This document shows positions 10,443-23,419 of a stretch of DNA of 64,000 nucleotides, piece by piece; position 1 is the stretch's first letter; each line of letters begins with the position of its first letter. The stretch lies in assembly GCA_964604155.1 (NCBI GenBank), contig CAZRXY010000014.1, positions 989 to 64,988 of the forward strand. Reading direction: 5' to 3'. A program made the position numbers and the translations under genes. Source of the DNA: an uncultured Candidatus Cloacimonadota bacterium (GTDB lineage: Bacteria; Cloacimonadota; Cloacimonadia; Cloacimonadales; TCS61). Below the pieces are notes generated by a model. It worked only from the letters and a program-made list of their open reading frames with translations, was not told the DNA's origin and did no database searches.

Positions 10443-10648
10443 TGTTGTCAAGGTCAACCATTCGCAATGGTGACGACCAATAACTTCATAAGTTCAATAT
10501 TGCGAACTAACAAAAAAATTTCGGGGGTATGCCTGAATAAATCTTCTTATTGACACTATGGGACAGGTTATTTTTTTGTATCTTACATTCTGGAGACGGT
10601 GAAAAAAAAGAAAGTAGTATTATATATAGAGCGAAGTGAGGAAAAAGC

Positions 10649-11455
10649 ATGAAAAACCCGATAGGTATCTTTGATTCAGGAGTAGGCGGTCTTACAGTGT
10701 ACCGCGAGATACGGCGGCGTTTTCCCCATGAAGATATAGTATATTTTGGAGATACCGCCAGAGTGCCCTACGGTCCTAAATCGGCAGAAACCATCATCCA
10801 GTATTCCATCCAGAATGCGCGGTTTTTAATGCAGTGCCGGGCAAAGATCATAGTGGTAGCATGCAACACTGCTTCTTCGGTAGCTCTTAATACATTGCAG
10901 CAGCTCCTGCCGGTACCGGTGATAGGAGTTATCGAGCCGGGTGCCAGAACGGCAGTGGAGATCACAAAAACCGGGAAAATAGGGATCATCGGTACTTATG
11001 CCACTGTGAAGAGTAATGCCTATCAACTAGCGATCAAGGGAATCAATCCCGCTTTAGATGTAGTGGCACGAGCCTGTCCCCTGTTTGTTCCTTTAGTGGA
11101 AGAAGGCTGGGAAGATCATCCGGTCACGCATCAGATATCCAAAGAGTATCTCAGTGAATTTATGGAAGATAATTATGACACGATGATTCTGGGTTGCACG
11201 CATTACCCGATACTAAAGAGAACATTGAGCTCTGTAACCGGTGGTAAAATAAATTTGATAGACAGTGCCGAAGTGATAGCTTCCAGCCTGCAAAATGAGC
11301 TGCCGGAGAAGGAAACTGCCGGCACAGGACATAATTATTTTTATGTTTCAGATAATATTGAGCAGTTCAGGAAAATCGGTTCCCAGATAATCTCAGGCGA
11401 TCTGCAAAATCTGCATAAGGCAACTCTGGGTGAATCATGGTATATAAATTTATAA
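10649..11455 (+). CDS. murI: Glutamate racemase
   Basis: FDSGVGG, PYG, VACNTAS and LGCTHYP motifs. Confidence 0.97.
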   Translation: MKNPIGIFDSGVGGLTVYREIRRRFPHEDIVYFGDTARVPYGPKSAETIIQYSIQNARFLMQCRAKIIVVACNTASSVALNTLQQLLPVPVIGVIEPGARTAVEITKTGKIGIIGTYATVKSNAYQLAIKGINPALDVVARACPLFVPLVEEGWEDHPVTHQISKEYLSEFMEDNYDTMILGCTHYPILKRTLSSVTGGKINLIDSAEVIASSLQNELPEKETAGTGHNYFYVSDNIEQFRKIGSQIISGDLQNLHKATLGESWYINL

Positions 11456-11472
11456 ATACAGGAGAATTATGA

Positions 11473-13107
<1,635 letters not shown>

Positions 13108-13141
13108 TAGCTGAAGCTTTTTATACCCGTTATGCACTCGA

Positions 13142-13879
13142 TTATTTTCGCAGGCTTGCCTTGGAAAACATGGCATCGGGGATAGCGGCATCCGGTTCTA
13201 TACTGTCAATTTTCAAGAGAGTGCCTTCACCTTTGGTATTCAGTACGTCTTTGTAAAAAATTTCATAAGGATAATAACGGTTCTGGATTTTTCTGATATC
13301 CGAGAGTTCTACTCTTTTCAGAAGAGTACCGCTTTCACCATATAGCTCTTCTTTGAGCGGGAGATAAATCTGCTTATCTACCCAGATCTGGCGCTGGTAG
13401 TAGGCAACATCTTTATCTTTGGCTGTAAGTAGCAGGATCAGGCAATCCTTGTCCTGATAAGTTTCCTCTCCAGTGATCCTGCCATCATATTTTTCTACGT
13501 AGATCATCTCCTCCATAAAGTCTTCATAGGAAAGGTCTGAGCCATTAACGGATTGCCGGAGCAGGTGACCGGACATCTGGATGATCCTATCGCTGTTTTT
13601 ATCGTATATCCATAATTTATCCTCGAGTTTGAGCATTTTATTACCTGCTTCGCGGGGCGGAGAAAGATATTCTGTGAAAGAATCCTGCGAACCGCGGGAA
13701 TATGATCTGGTGCCTATCTCCCTGGTGCCGCGACTGCCTTTTATGATCATTCTGGCTTCTATTATCTGGCTGTCGCTATAAAGATTAGCATCGAGCTTTT
13801 TTAAAACGTCCAAAGCTTCATCAGCTATGAGAATGCCGGTGAGCAAAAGCATGACAAAGATCAAAATTATCATTTTCAT
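13142..13879 (-). CDS. Outer-membrane lipoprotein-sorting (LolA-like) protein
   Basis: Signal peptide; SP-x-REAG-x-KML, GSDLSYED and FSKASL motifs; last gene of the ABC operon. Confidence 0.8.
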   Translation of the reverse strand: MKMIILIFVMLLLTGILIADEALDVLKKLDANLYSDSQIIEARMIIKGSRGTREIGTRSYSRGSQDSFTEYLSPPREAGNKMLKLEDKLWIYDKNSDRIIQMSGHLLRQSVNGSDLSYEDFMEEMIYVEKYDGRITGEETYQDKDCLILLLTAKDKDVAYYQRQIWVDKQIYLPLKEELYGESGTLLKRVELSDIRKIQNRYYPYEIFYKDVLNTKGEGTLLKIDSIEPDAAIPDAMFSKASLRK

Positions 13880-13888
13880 CTGCAACTC

Positions 13889-15160
13889 CTAATTTTCTAA
13901 TTCTTTAAATAGAGAGGCTGTATTTCTTCTGAATATCGCTGTGCCGGCAAAGGCTGCTCCCAGAATAGTGGCAAAAAATCCAGGAATAAAGCCAATCACA
14001 TAGCTGAACCAATTAACTTCTGCCGAGATATCCGGGGTGAGAATTATGGTGGCATTTGCCAGATAATGGCTCATGTCAAAGGGATGTGATTCCAAATAAT
14101 AGCCGGCTGCCACCCCACCAATAGTACCAATCACCGAGCCAATAAAGCCAATAACAATGGCTTCCAGAATTAAGCTGCCATAGATATGAAATGCTTTTTC
14201 TCCTATAGCCAATCGCAAACCCATCTCGCCATAACGCCTGATGCCGTTTATTAAACCCAGATTCCATAATACCAGACCCATAATGAAGACAAAGAAGATA
14301 ATAATGACAAATGAGGCACTTCGCAACCATAATAAAGTGGATTCCATATCTCCCTGGATGTGAACCGGCAGCATGGTAAGTGAAAATTCATCTTCCGGAT
14401 TAGTGTAATCTCTCCCAAAATCTGCTGAGATTCTTATAGCATCATCCCAGTGGTAATCATCGTCTTTGTACATTCCCAGAATTTCACCAGCACCATCTTC
14501 CATATCAAGCAGCAATCTTGCCTGGCTGATATCCATGAGAATCATTCCTCTATCAAGGGCAGGTATGCCGAATTCCACGACGGCAGAAACACTGTAATTA
14601 CCTATTGCCATACCTCCATATATGGTTGATGTTATCAGGCTCACCTCGTCGCCAAGATAAATTCCGAGTTTTTTGTATAAACCGGTGCTGAGAATAATCT
14701 CATTCCCTCCTACGGGCAGATTGCCGAGGCGGACGGCATCTTTGAGATTAAGAAGCTCATGCTCCTGTGAATCTCCCAGTAAATCTACCGCCATCACGGC
14801 ACTTTCGCCCTGGATAAGGGTTTCTCCATCTTCATCCGGAACATCTACCAGTCCCGCAAACTGAACTCGTGGCAGCCAATAAAGATGAGGATAATCTTTA
14901 TTGAGATTATCAAGAAGTTCCTCAGCATCAAGCAGACAGAGCTCGTAGGGCTTTTGATCAAGTTCTTCAGCATAGGCAGAAGTGACTACCTTTAGATGCC
15001 CGGTATCAAATCTGGCACTGCTATCTATGGCTATTTTTTCGTAACCTCTTATGAATGAGTAATATAAGGAAGTCACGAGCACTCCGGTGGCGATGATGAT
15101 TATGGGGAGCAGGCTGCGAGTTTTATCACGCAGGATACCTTTAAGTATAAATTTAAACAT
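13889..15160 (-). CDS. ABC transporter permease, FtsX/LolE-like
   Basis: N-terminal TM helix, periplasmic domain, RRYGEMGLRLAIG, C-terminal TM helices; start moved to the ATG at 15160. Confidence 0.85.
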   Translation of the reverse strand: MFKFILKGILRDKTRSLLPIIIIATGVLVTSLYYSFIRGYEKIAIDSSARFDTGHLKVVTSAYAEELDQKPYELCLLDAEELLDNLNKDYPHLYWLPRVQFAGLVDVPDEDGETLIQGESAVMAVDLLGDSQEHELLNLKDAVRLGNLPVGGNEIILSTGLYKKLGIYLGDEVSLITSTIYGGMAIGNYSVSAVVEFGIPALDRGMILMDISQARLLLDMEDGAGEILGMYKDDDYHWDDAIRISADFGRDYTNPEDEFSLTMLPVHIQGDMESTLLWLRSASFVIIIFFVFIMGLVLWNLGLINGIRRYGEMGLRLAIGEKAFHIYGSLILEAIVIGFIGSVIGTIGGVAAGYYLESHPFDMSHYLANATIILTPDISAEVNWFSYVIGFIPGFFATILGAAFAGTAIFRRNTASLFKELEN

Positions 15161-16325
15161 TCCTGCCTCCTCTGGTGATCTTTCCCCGCAGAGCATCAAC
15201 GGGTAGCAGCCTGGAGATCGTTCTCACGGGGAGATAGCTCACAAAAGTGATAATGATCATTACGATGATAATCGTTATAATAGCCAGGCTAAAGGTGTAA
15301 TGCGGATACATGGCATTAAGGAAGCCATCCATACCGTAACTATCCATCATCTCGGGAAGCTGAAAGCCGGTTTTTTGAAACCAGAGGAGCAGCGGCGTGC
15401 CCCACACGGCACCCAAAGCAACAGCCAGAACTCCAGAAAGGATACCTTCGAGCGTGAATATCCACATGATCTGACCACGCCGCATACCCAGAGCCATCAT
15501 CATACCCACTTCTTTTCTCCGCTTGAATAAGGCTAATACCTGAGTATCGAAAACGGCAATCATAGCCAGAAACAAGAGAATGATATAGATAAAAACACCA
15601 CCGGCTAATTCTGTGGCTAATATTGCCCGGAATTCTGCCAGTAAGTCATCCTGGGTCTTAAAGATAAAATTTTGAGAAGAGATGCTCACAGGCTGTGAGA
15701 TAGAAAAATAATTAACTTCATCATTGAGATGAAGCATTTGCCGTAATTGCTGAATTCCCAGCCAGACCTGATTTTGGTCTATAGATTGCACGGTAGTCTG
15801 AAAAATGTGCACAATATCAAATTCACCCGCATCAAAGGCACCATCAGCGTCACGCCAGCGAAGCATTAATTTATCTCCCACCTGCAAGTCATGTTTTTTT
15901 GCAGTACGTGAGCCCAGCATCATTTTGTTTACACCAGGCTCATACTTAAGCATCCGGGTAGGTAATTCCAGAAATTCCTGTTCTTCTTCTACACCTTTGA
16001 GCATGATATTTTTCATCCTGCCCTGGGGATAGATTACACCCTGGTCAACGATGAATTCCACAGCCATCCCGTCTGGTACTTCATCCGGCAGAGGTGCTCT
16101 GCTTTTTTCAAAACTAAATGGGTCGTAGGGGTCATAATCAGCGTGCCAATACTGTCCCTGCCCGATATGCCATTTGATCATTCCTGTTTCGGCATCTCTC
16201 TGCCAGCCGATGAATAAGCCGTGAAATCCCACAATAGCAACGAGAACTACGGAGATAATAAAGACATTCAGCCAGGAGCGGAAGCCACCACCTGCAATAT
16301 TTCTCCAGGCTAATTTTAATAACAC
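15153..16325 (-). CDS. ABC transporter permease, FtsX/LolE-like
   Basis: KLAWRNI start, RRKEVGMMMALGM, PVDALR end. Confidence 0.87.
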   Translation of the reverse strand: MLLKLAWRNIAGGGFRSWLNVFIISVVLVAIVGFHGLFIGWQRDAETGMIKWHIGQGQYWHADYDPYDPFSFEKSRAPLPDEVPDGMAVEFIVDQGVIYPQGRMKNIMLKGVEEEQEFLELPTRMLKYEPGVNKMMLGSRTAKKHDLQVGDKLMLRWRDADGAFDAGEFDIVHIFQTTVQSIDQNQVWLGIQQLRQMLHLNDEVNYFSISQPVSISSQNFIFKTQDDLLAEFRAILATELAGGVFIYIILLFLAMIAVFDTQVLALFKRRKEVGMMMALGMRRGQIMWIFTLEGILSGVLAVALGAVWGTPLLLWFQKTGFQLPEMMDSYGMDGFLNAMYPHYTFSLAIITIIIVMIIITFVSYLPVRTISRLLPVDALRGKITRGGRNV

Positions 16326-16336
16326 CTTGCTCTCCT

Positions 16337-17068
16337 TCAGACTTTGCCGTCTGCGAAATCTCCGGGAGGTACTTCGCTATTAACCATGATCTCGTCATCT
16401 GCAATAGCACCATCTATAAGCGTGATCTTTCTTTTTAGATACTTGATCACCTTGGCATCATGCGTGCTGAAGATAAAAGTAGTTTGCAGCTTATCATTAA
16501 GATCAAGCATTGTTCTGAGGATGTGGTGCGAGTTTTCTGCATCGAGATTTGCCGTGGGCTCATCTGCCAGAATGATGGGAGGTTTTTTTACAATAGCTCT
16601 GGCAATTGCCACCCGCTGGCATTCGCCGCCAGAAAGCATTGCCGGTCTGCTATTCCTCTTATCCTGCAAACCAAGCCATTCCAGAGCAGAATTAACCATT
16701 AGCTGACGCGTGCCGGCAGGGATTTTGAGAAGTAAAAGCGGAAATTCCACATTTTCATATACGGTATATACGGGCAAAAGATTATAGGTCTGAAATATGA
16801 AGCCGATCTGCTCACTGCGAAGCCTGGCTGAATCTGTGCTGCTTAACGAGCTCACTTCTGTGCCCATCACCATCACCTGCCCTTGGGATTGGACATCTAA
16901 TGAGCCAATGATATTGAGCAGCGTTGTTTTTCCAGAACCACTGGGACCTACAATGCCTGCGAATTCTCCCTTGTCTATCTGCAGGCTGATGCCTTTGAGA
17001 GCAGTGAATTTTCCACCACCCACCGGATAATGCTTGCTCATGTCTTGGATCTCGATAAGTTTTTCCAT
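16337..17068 (-). CDS. ABC transporter ATP-binding protein, LolD-like
   Basis: GPSGSGKT, LSGGECQRVAIARA, ADEPTANLD. Confidence 0.93.
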   Translation of the reverse strand: MEKLIEIQDMSKHYPVGGGKFTALKGISLQIDKGEFAGIVGPSGSGKTTLLNIIGSLDVQSQGQVMVMGTEVSSLSSTDSARLRSEQIGFIFQTYNLLPVYTVYENVEFPLLLLKIPAGTRQLMVNSALEWLGLQDKRNSRPAMLSGGECQRVAIARAIVKKPPIILADEPTANLDAENSHHILRTMLDLNDKLQTTFIFSTHDAKVIKYLKRKITLIDGAIADDEIMVNSEVPPGDFADGKV

Positions 17069-17076
17069 CACTTCCC

Positions 17077-18195
17077 CTAATAATTTATTTGAAGTAATAA
17101 TTCTACAGATTTTTGTGAGGTTGCACCCAGGTATTCCTGCCCGGCTAGATCTGCCTTGGTATAGCTGAGATTAAGATAGATGCTGAGAAAATTATATGCC
17201 ATATTATAGGAGGCATAGTAAAAAGTATTTCCATCTCTGTGATCATAACCCGCCAGGAAAAGGATTTTGTCATAAAGATTAAGCGGGTAATCTGCTCCGA
17301 GCACCGTGATATTTGAAGTTTCAACGGGATTTTGCCAGAAAGAATCCTCCGCTCTGTGATACTGATGCTCTGCCAAGATATGCAACCCGCTGCCCAGATT
17401 TAAAGTGTAATCACTGCCGATTGTATAGAGCTGCCAGTAAAGAGGCAGATATTCCACCTCTTCATAAAGGGAGATGCTGCTTTCCAGCCATAATCCAATT
17501 CCAATATCCCAACGGGCATCTACACCTATTCTTTTTTCATACGAGCTACTATAGACCTTGTGATCTTCATCACGCAGGCTGGAACTTTCCAAGCCGCGAG
17601 TGTGATAACTTAAGCCCAAATCCCCTGCAAGTACTGACAATTGAATTCTACCTCCCATTTCAAGGGATTCTTTGCTGCTGGCAATAAGCTCCTGCCCCTT
17701 TTTACCTGCGTCATTATAGATCACCCAAAACCAGTAATTTACGCTTTCAAGCGTGTAGTAACGCGCCAGCATACTCCATACGCCCTCAGTCTGCCGGCGT
17801 GGATCAAGATTGTTTATCCTGTCGAACCAGGCGAGACTGCGGAGATAAGAAGCGGGACCAAAATTTATCTTCTGCAAACCGAAGCGGATTTCGGACTGCT
17901 CGGTGGAAGAGCGGAGCCAGAAACGATATAGCCTCAGCAGGAAATCCAGGCTGTAATCCTTGTCACTATATTCTGCAATACCACTGGTCATGAGCTTGAT
18001 ATTGCCATCAATCTCTATATTCCCGCTGCGAGCAAGCAATTTCTGCAATGATGGATAGTACTCAAGTTTGAGCCGGGCGGCATCATTTTGTGACCTGGTA
18101 TAATCGGCTGCGAGATAGATATCATGCCAAAGCTGCCAGGCAGAAAGATTAGATATAAAAAGGGCAAAGAGTAAAATGATAAGTAGCTTTTTCAT
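17077..18195 (-). CDS. Secreted, probable outer-membrane beta-barrel protein of the ABC operon
   Basis: Signal peptide, alternating aromatic strands, C-terminal Tyr. Confidence 0.6.
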   Translation of the reverse strand: MKKLLIILLFALFISNLSAWQLWHDIYLAADYTRSQNDAARLKLEYYPSLQKLLARSGNIEIDGNIKLMTSGIAEYSDKDYSLDFLLRLYRFWLRSSTEQSEIRFGLQKINFGPASYLRSLAWFDRINNLDPRRQTEGVWSMLARYYTLESVNYWFWVIYNDAGKKGQELIASSKESLEMGGRIQLSVLAGDLGLSYHTRGLESSSLRDEDHKVYSSSYEKRIGVDARWDIGIGLWLESSISLYEEVEYLPLYWQLYTIGSDYTLNLGSGLHILAEHQYHRAEDSFWQNPVETSNITVLGADYPLNLYDKILFLAGYDHRDGNTFYYASYNMAYNFLSIYLNLSYTKADLAGQEYLGATSQKSVELLLQINY

Positions 18196-18776
18196 CTTGG
18201 TCTTATGCCATCTAAGATTATATTCAATACTGCCACGATTAAAGAAGCAATATCTGGATAATACTTCTGCAGATCAGGATCATTTATAAAATATTCCAGC
18301 TTGATGGATAATTCATACAGGAAACCGGGAGCATAATCACTATTAAGCCTGCCGCCTGACTGCTCTTTTTTAAAGATAGCTATAGTTTCTGCGGCTAGTT
18401 CCTTTCGCATACCCATCAATATCTTTTTATAATCCGGATCATTCATAAGATCATGCAATAGTATATCACCCCATAACTGCGCAATATCAGATTTTAATTT
18501 GATGATTTCACTCCACTTGATCATGAGATTATCATCTTTACGCAAGATGTCCATGGCAGATTGCGCCTGCCTCTGCAAAATAAGCTCCATTATCTGGCTC
18601 TTACTGCTGAAATAGCGATAGAGAGTGGTTCGCGAGATTCCCGCATTCCCGGCAATCTCAGACATGCTCACCCGCCTGATACCAAACCTCCGGAACTGCC
18701 GAAAGGCAATGGCGATAATTCTCTCTTGAACATCTAATCTCGATACTTCATCCACAATAACTCTCCCTACGATCAC
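18192..18776 (-). CDS. TetR/AcrR family regulator
   Basis: FRRFGIRRVSMSEIAGNAGISRTTLYRYFSSK helix-turn-helix; heads the ABC operon. Confidence 0.9.
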   Translation of the reverse strand: MIVGRVIVDEVSRLDVQERIIAIAFRQFRRFGIRRVSMSEIAGNAGISRTTLYRYFSSKSQIMELILQRQAQSAMDILRKDDNLMIKWSEIIKLKSDIAQLWGDILLHDLMNDPDYKKILMGMRKELAAETIAIFKKEQSGGRLNSDYAPGFLYELSIKLEYFINDPDLQKYYPDIASLIVAVLNIILDGIRPR

Positions 18777-18959
18777 TCATCTATTTTTATGGCACACATT
18801 CCTCCTTAAAGGACATATATTGTCAAGTTTATTTTATCTTGTAAACCTGGCATCCCCCTGATTTTTAATTATAAAGTGTACTGGCTCTGACCGCCGGAAT
18901 CGAATCAATTAAAATTTCATTGAAAAAAGTGAGATGTTTACCGATCATTTTATTTAGGT

Positions 18960-18992
18960 AAGCCGTTCCTGTTTTGGGGGCAGGAACGGCTT
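18960..18992. terminator. Stem-loop just downstream of clpB
   Basis: AAGCCGTTCCTG...CAGGAACGGCTT 12-bp inverted repeat; U tract weak on the clpB strand. Confidence 0.6.
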
Positions 18993-19000
18993 TCAGTCTG

Positions 19001-21577
19001 CTATCCGGTTTGGATAATATTTAGTTGGAGATTATCATCAATATTAATAGTCGAGCCGGATTTGGCTTTGTTTTCCAAAAGGAGCAGGGAGAGAGGATTT
19101 TCGAGTCTATGCTGGATCACTCTTTTGAGTGGTCTGGCTCCGAATAGTGGGTCATAGCCTAATTCCGTGATTTCATCGAGAGCTCCATCGGAGAATTTGA
19201 GAGCGATGTTCTGGCGTTTGAGTTTTTCCACGAGATAGCCCAGATGGATTTCTACAATCTGCCTTATCTGCTTTTTTTCCAATCTATGGAAAATGATGAT
19301 CTCATCAAGACGGTTCAGGAATTCTGGTTTAAAGTGCTGCTGCAGGAGCTGCTGTAACTGGGGGCGGATGGGTTCAAGATCGTTTTGTCCCTGGTCATAG
19401 ATCATTTGCGAGCCAATATTGGAAGTCATAATAATCACCGTATTTTTAAAATCTACAGTTCTGCCTTTGCTATCTGTGAGTCTGCCGTCATCAAGGATTT
19501 GAAGCAGGATATTAAAGACATCCTGATGAGCCTTTTCTATTTCATCAAAGAGGATAATACTGTAGGGCTGGCGGCGGATAGATTCTGTGAGATAACCGCC
19601 TTCATCATAGCCCACATAGCCGGGAGGAGCACCCACCAGACGGGAAACGGCATGCTTTTCCATATACTCACTCATATCAATCCTGATGATAGCTTTCTGG
19701 GAATCAAAAAGGTATTCAGCAAGAGCTTTTGCGAGCTCAGTTTTTCCTACTCCGGTGGGACCCATAAAGATAAAAGAACCAATAGGTCTGCTTACATCCG
19801 AGAGACCGCTTCTGCTGCGTCTGATGGCGTTTGAGACAGCAGCAATACCTTCTTTTTGCCCAATAATCCTTTTTGAGAGGACATCTTCCATTTTCACCAG
19901 TTTATCGAGTTCGCTTTGCACGAGTTTAGAGACTGGGATTCCAGTCCATTTAGAGACGATATGGGCAATGTTTTCTTCATCGACCTCTTCTTTGAGCAGG
20001 CGTTCAGATTCGGGGATTTTCTGAATTGTTTCTTTGAGCGCTTCCTGTTCTTTGATCTTTGAAGCTAAGGTGCCATATTTAATCTGGGCAACACGTTCAA
20101 GATTGCCTTCGCGTTCAGCTTTTTCGGAATCTGATTTCAGGTGCTCTATTTCCTGATTGATGCTGCTGAGTCTCTGGTGAAGATTTTTTTCGTGTTCCCA
20201 ACGGGTAGTGAGGAGATTAAGTTTTTCCTTGAGGTGGGCAATTTCTTTTTTAATTATATCCAGCCGCTGTTTACTTAATTCATTATCATCTTTCTCTACC
20301 GAGAATCGTTCAATTTCTAATTGGCGGAGTCTGCGCTCGGTTTCATCGATATCTTCCGGGCGGGAATTAATCTCCATGCGTAAACGGGCACAGGCTTCAT
20401 CAACCAGGTCTATCGCTTTATCCGGCAGAAATCTATCACTGATATACCGATCAGACATAGCTACGGCACTTACCAAGGCACTATCAGTAATTTGAACCCC
20501 ATGATGGACCTCATATTTATCTTTGATACCTCGCAGGATGGAAATGGTATCTGAGAGAGAGGGTTCTTTCACGTGAACAGGCTGGAATCTTCTTTCCAAA
20601 GCAGCATCTTTTTCTATGTACTTGCGATATTCATCCAAAGTAGTAGCACCCACACAATGCAGGGTGCCCCTTGCCAAAGCCGGCTTGAGCATATTGGAAG
20701 CATCAATGGCACCTTCGGCAGCACCTGCCCCGACTACCGTATGGATTTCATCTATGAAAAGTATATAATGACCTTCTGCTTTCTCCACTTCTTTAAGGAC
20801 AGCTTTGAGCCTGTCTTCAAATTCACCCCTGAATTTGGCACCTGCCAGGAGAGAGCCCATATCGAGCTCGAGCACTTCTTTTTCCTTGAGGTTTTCGGGC
20901 ACATCCTGATTGACAATACGGTGGGCAAGCCCTTCCACAATAGCAGTTTTTCCCACTCCGGGCTCACCAATAAGTACCGGATTGTTCTTTCGGCGTCTGG
21001 AAAGAGATTGAATGGTGCGTCTTATCTCCTCATCACGCCCGATCACGGGGTCCAGCCTGCCTTCGGCTGCTAAACGAGTGAGATTACGAGTGTATTTATC
21101 CAGTACCTGATACTTAGCCTCAGGATTATCATCACTCACTCGCTGATTGCCCCTTAGTTCCTTGAGAGCAGCCAATAAATCATTCTTACCCGGCAATATG
21201 CTGCGTAAGTCATTGGACAGCTTACCCTTTTCCACAATAGCAAGAAAGAGGTGCTCTACACTGATATACTCGTCCTGAAGCTGCTTTGACAGCTTTTCTG
21301 CCTGCTGTAATACAGCATTTAGTTCACTACCTATGCCTGTCTGGTAACTGCCGCTCACCTTTGGCATGGATTCCTGCTCTTTTTGGAGGGCAGCCTCAAG
21401 CCTGTTTATATTCACTCCGGATTTTTGCAATAAAGCCCGGATAAAACTATCCTCCATATCAAGCATGGCGGCAAGCAGGTGAATGCTGCGAATCTCCTGA
21501 TCACCATTTTGCTGAGCAATTTGAAGAGAAAGCTCTACAGCCTCTCTTGCCTTGATCGTAAATCTGCTCATATTCAT
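19001..21577 (-). CDS. clpB: ATP-dependent chaperone ClpB
   Basis: Two AAA modules ([16 protein letters not shown]), coiled-coil middle domain, GARPLKR; start moved to ATG 21577 behind a GGAGG. Confidence 0.97.
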   Translation of the reverse strand: MNMSRFTIKAREAVELSLQIAQQNGDQEIRSIHLLAAMLDMEDSFIRALLQKSGVNINRLEAALQKEQESMPKVSGSYQTGIGSELNAVLQQAEKLSKQLQDEYISVEHLFLAIVEKGKLSNDLRSILPGKNDLLAALKELRGNQRVSDDNPEAKYQVLDKYTRNLTRLAAEGRLDPVIGRDEEIRRTIQSLSRRRKNNPVLIGEPGVGKTAIVEGLAHRIVNQDVPENLKEKEVLELDMGSLLAGAKFRGEFEDRLKAVLKEVEKAEGHYILFIDEIHTVVGAGAAEGAIDASNMLKPALARGTLHCVGATTLDEYRKYIEKDAALERRFQPVHVKEPSLSDTISILRGIKDKYEVHHGVQITDSALVSAVAMSDRYISDRFLPDKAIDLVDEACARLRMEINSRPEDIDETERRLRQLEIERFSVEKDDNELSKQRLDIIKKEIAHLKEKLNLLTTRWEHEKNLHQRLSSINQEIEHLKSDSEKAEREGNLERVAQIKYGTLASKIKEQEALKETIQKIPESERLLKEEVDEENIAHIVSKWTGIPVSKLVQSELDKLVKMEDVLSKRIIGQKEGIAAVSNAIRRSRSGLSDVSRPIGSFIFMGPTGVGKTELAKALAEYLFDSQKAIIRIDMSEYMEKHAVSRLVGAPPGYVGYDEGGYLTESIRRQPYSIILFDEIEKAHQDVFNILLQILDDGRLTDSKGRTVDFKNTVIIMTSNIGSQMIYDQGQNDLEPIRPQLQQLLQQHFKPEFLNRLDEIIIFHRLEKKQIRQIVEIHLGYLVEKLKRQNIALKFSDGALDEITELGYDPLFGARPLKRVIQHRLENPLSLLLLENKAKSGSTINIDDNLQLNIIQTG

Positions 21578-21603
21578 ACCTTCACCTCCTGCGGGAGAAA
21601 TTA

Positions 21604-21630
21604 TTAGCACTCCCGAACATCTACTGCTAA
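21604..21630. promoter_or_regulatory. CIRCE element (HrcA operator) upstream of clpB
   Basis: TTAGCACTC-N9-TACTGCTAA versus consensus TTAGCACTC-N9-GAGTGCTAA. Confidence 0.85.
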
Positions 21631-21739
21631 AAAATAATTTTTTAATCTGTGATGTCAAGTTAATATTTGACAACCTGAATGAAAATAATTAAATTTGCTC
21701 GCAGTTAATATCGCGATGTAAAACATAATGGAGGTTATG

Positions 21740-23362
21740 ATGAAGCGGGTAGCGTTTTTAATTTTAGTACTGAGCATTAGTTTATTTCTCTGTAGTGAAG
21801 ATGTGGAATTTCACTTGAACATGAATTATCAGATATCTGCGGGCAATTTTGATCCGGCAATTGATTTTGTCGATGTGGCGGGTAATTTTAATGAGTGGGG
21901 AGCAACCCCGATCACGGGGACAGACCCTGACGAAGACGGTATATATACGTTATTAGTGGAGAATTTGGAAATTGGCTTTGTTTGCGAATACAAATTCAGG
22001 ATAAATGGGAGCTGGAATAATTCAGAATTTCCGGGTGGTGGGGCAAACCGCAGCTATACCGTGGTAGCGGGTGAGAACATAGTCGAGCACTGGTATAATG
22101 ACGAGATTCTTCCCAGCATATATGTAGATATCATATTTAATATCATAGATGGAACTCAGAACTATGCGGATATCAAGTTTAAGAGTTCATTTGATGAATG
22201 GGTTTTGCATGCGATGGCAGATGACGGCGAATTTCCTGATGAAGAGGCAGGAGATCATATCTGGAGCGTTCTGGTGCAGGATATACCCGATGGCACTCAT
22301 ACCTGGGGTGCGATAGAAGATGATGGCTCGCAGTGGGGTATTTGGCTGATCGAAGGAGATGATCTGGAATTTTCTGTAGATGATGAGGGTAATGTAAGCG
22401 GACAGACAGTTTACTTTGTTGATCCGGGCTCTACGCAGGATGTTACGGTGACCTTTCAATTAGATGTATCACTAATGCAAAATGTGGGAGAGATCACAGT
22501 AGCGGGAACATTTAATAACTGGAATATCACGCAGTCTATACTGGAAGACCCTGATCAAGATGATATTTATACTATAGACATCCTGATCCCGAGTGGTTCT
22601 CAGCTTAATCAGCAATATAAATACTTGAACGACGGCAGCTATGAAGATATCGATAATCGCTCTTTTATACTGGATGACACAATCGATGAGCAGGTATTGC
22701 CGATAGATTACTTTGATAACCTAAATCCGGCAGATTTTATTGAAGAGAATATGATCCTTACAACATATGTGGATATGGAGGAAACAGAATTTGATTCTGT
22801 GGCAATATGCGGTAATGTTGCGCCACTTGACTGGGATTTTGCCGCTCACAATAATCCTCTTACCTGGCATGAAGGAACGATCTGGACAATAGAGCTGGAA
22901 TTTTTACAGGGTTCATATCGTTATCTTAATTTTAAATTTGCCACTGATGGCGAGGATTTGGAATCCGGCTATAATGAGAATCACACTGTTACGCTTGATG
23001 AGGCATTAGGGCATCAGACAGCCTGGTGTGTGTACGGCGAGATGGGTCCTACTTCCAAAACTGATGATGCAAATCTATCACCAGCATTTTTGAGAATTGT
23101 GAATTATCCCAATCCGTTTAATCCTGAGACAATAATTTCATTTTCAATTCCGGAAAGTATAAATTTCACCGAGGTGGCGATTTATAATGTGAAAGGTCAG
23201 AAAATCAGGACATTGATCAGGGAAAGATTATCTCCGGGGGAACATAAGGTTTTGTGGGATGGAAAAGACAATCTGGATCACCCCTGTGCAACAGGAATAT
23301 ATTTCTGCCTTATTAAAGCAGGTTCACAGATTGATTCACATAAAATGATTTTGATCAAATAA
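21740..23362 (+). CDS. Secreted protein with tandem starch/glycogen-binding-like Ig modules and a FlgD-Ig tail
   Basis: Signal peptide; repeated VAGxFNxW...DPDxDxIYT...YK(F/Y) modules (CBM20/48-like); NYPNPFNPET...YNVKGQ tail; no catalytic domain recognised; start 21737 or 21740. Confidence 0.7.
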   Translation: MKRVAFLILVLSISLFLCSEDVEFHLNMNYQISAGNFDPAIDFVDVAGNFNEWGATPITGTDPDEDGIYTLLVENLEIGFVCEYKFRINGSWNNSEFPGGGANRSYTVVAGENIVEHWYNDEILPSIYVDIIFNIIDGTQNYADIKFKSSFDEWVLHAMADDGEFPDEEAGDHIWSVLVQDIPDGTHTWGAIEDDGSQWGIWLIEGDDLEFSVDDEGNVSGQTVYFVDPGSTQDVTVTFQLDVSLMQNVGEITVAGTFNNWNITQSILEDPDQDDIYTIDILIPSGSQLNQQYKYLNDGSYEDIDNRSFILDDTIDEQVLPIDYFDNLNPADFIEENMILTTYVDMEETEFDSVAICGNVAPLDWDFAAHNNPLTWHEGTIWTIELEFLQGSYRYLNFKFATDGEDLESGYNENHTVTLDEALGHQTAWCVYGEMGPTSKTDDANLSPAFLRIVNYPNPFNPETIISFSIPESINFTEVAIYNVKGQKIRTLIRERLSPGEHKVLWDGKDNLDHPCATGIYFCLIKAGSQIDSHKMILIK

Positions 23363-23374
23363 ATATAATCATTT

Positions 23375-23419
23375 AGCCGCAGATTACCGGCAGAAATCCT
23401 GGTAATCTGCGGCTTTTTT
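23375..23419 (+). terminator. Rho-independent terminator
   Basis: AGCCGCAGATTACC...GGTAATCTGCGGCT followed by a T tract. Confidence 0.85.
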
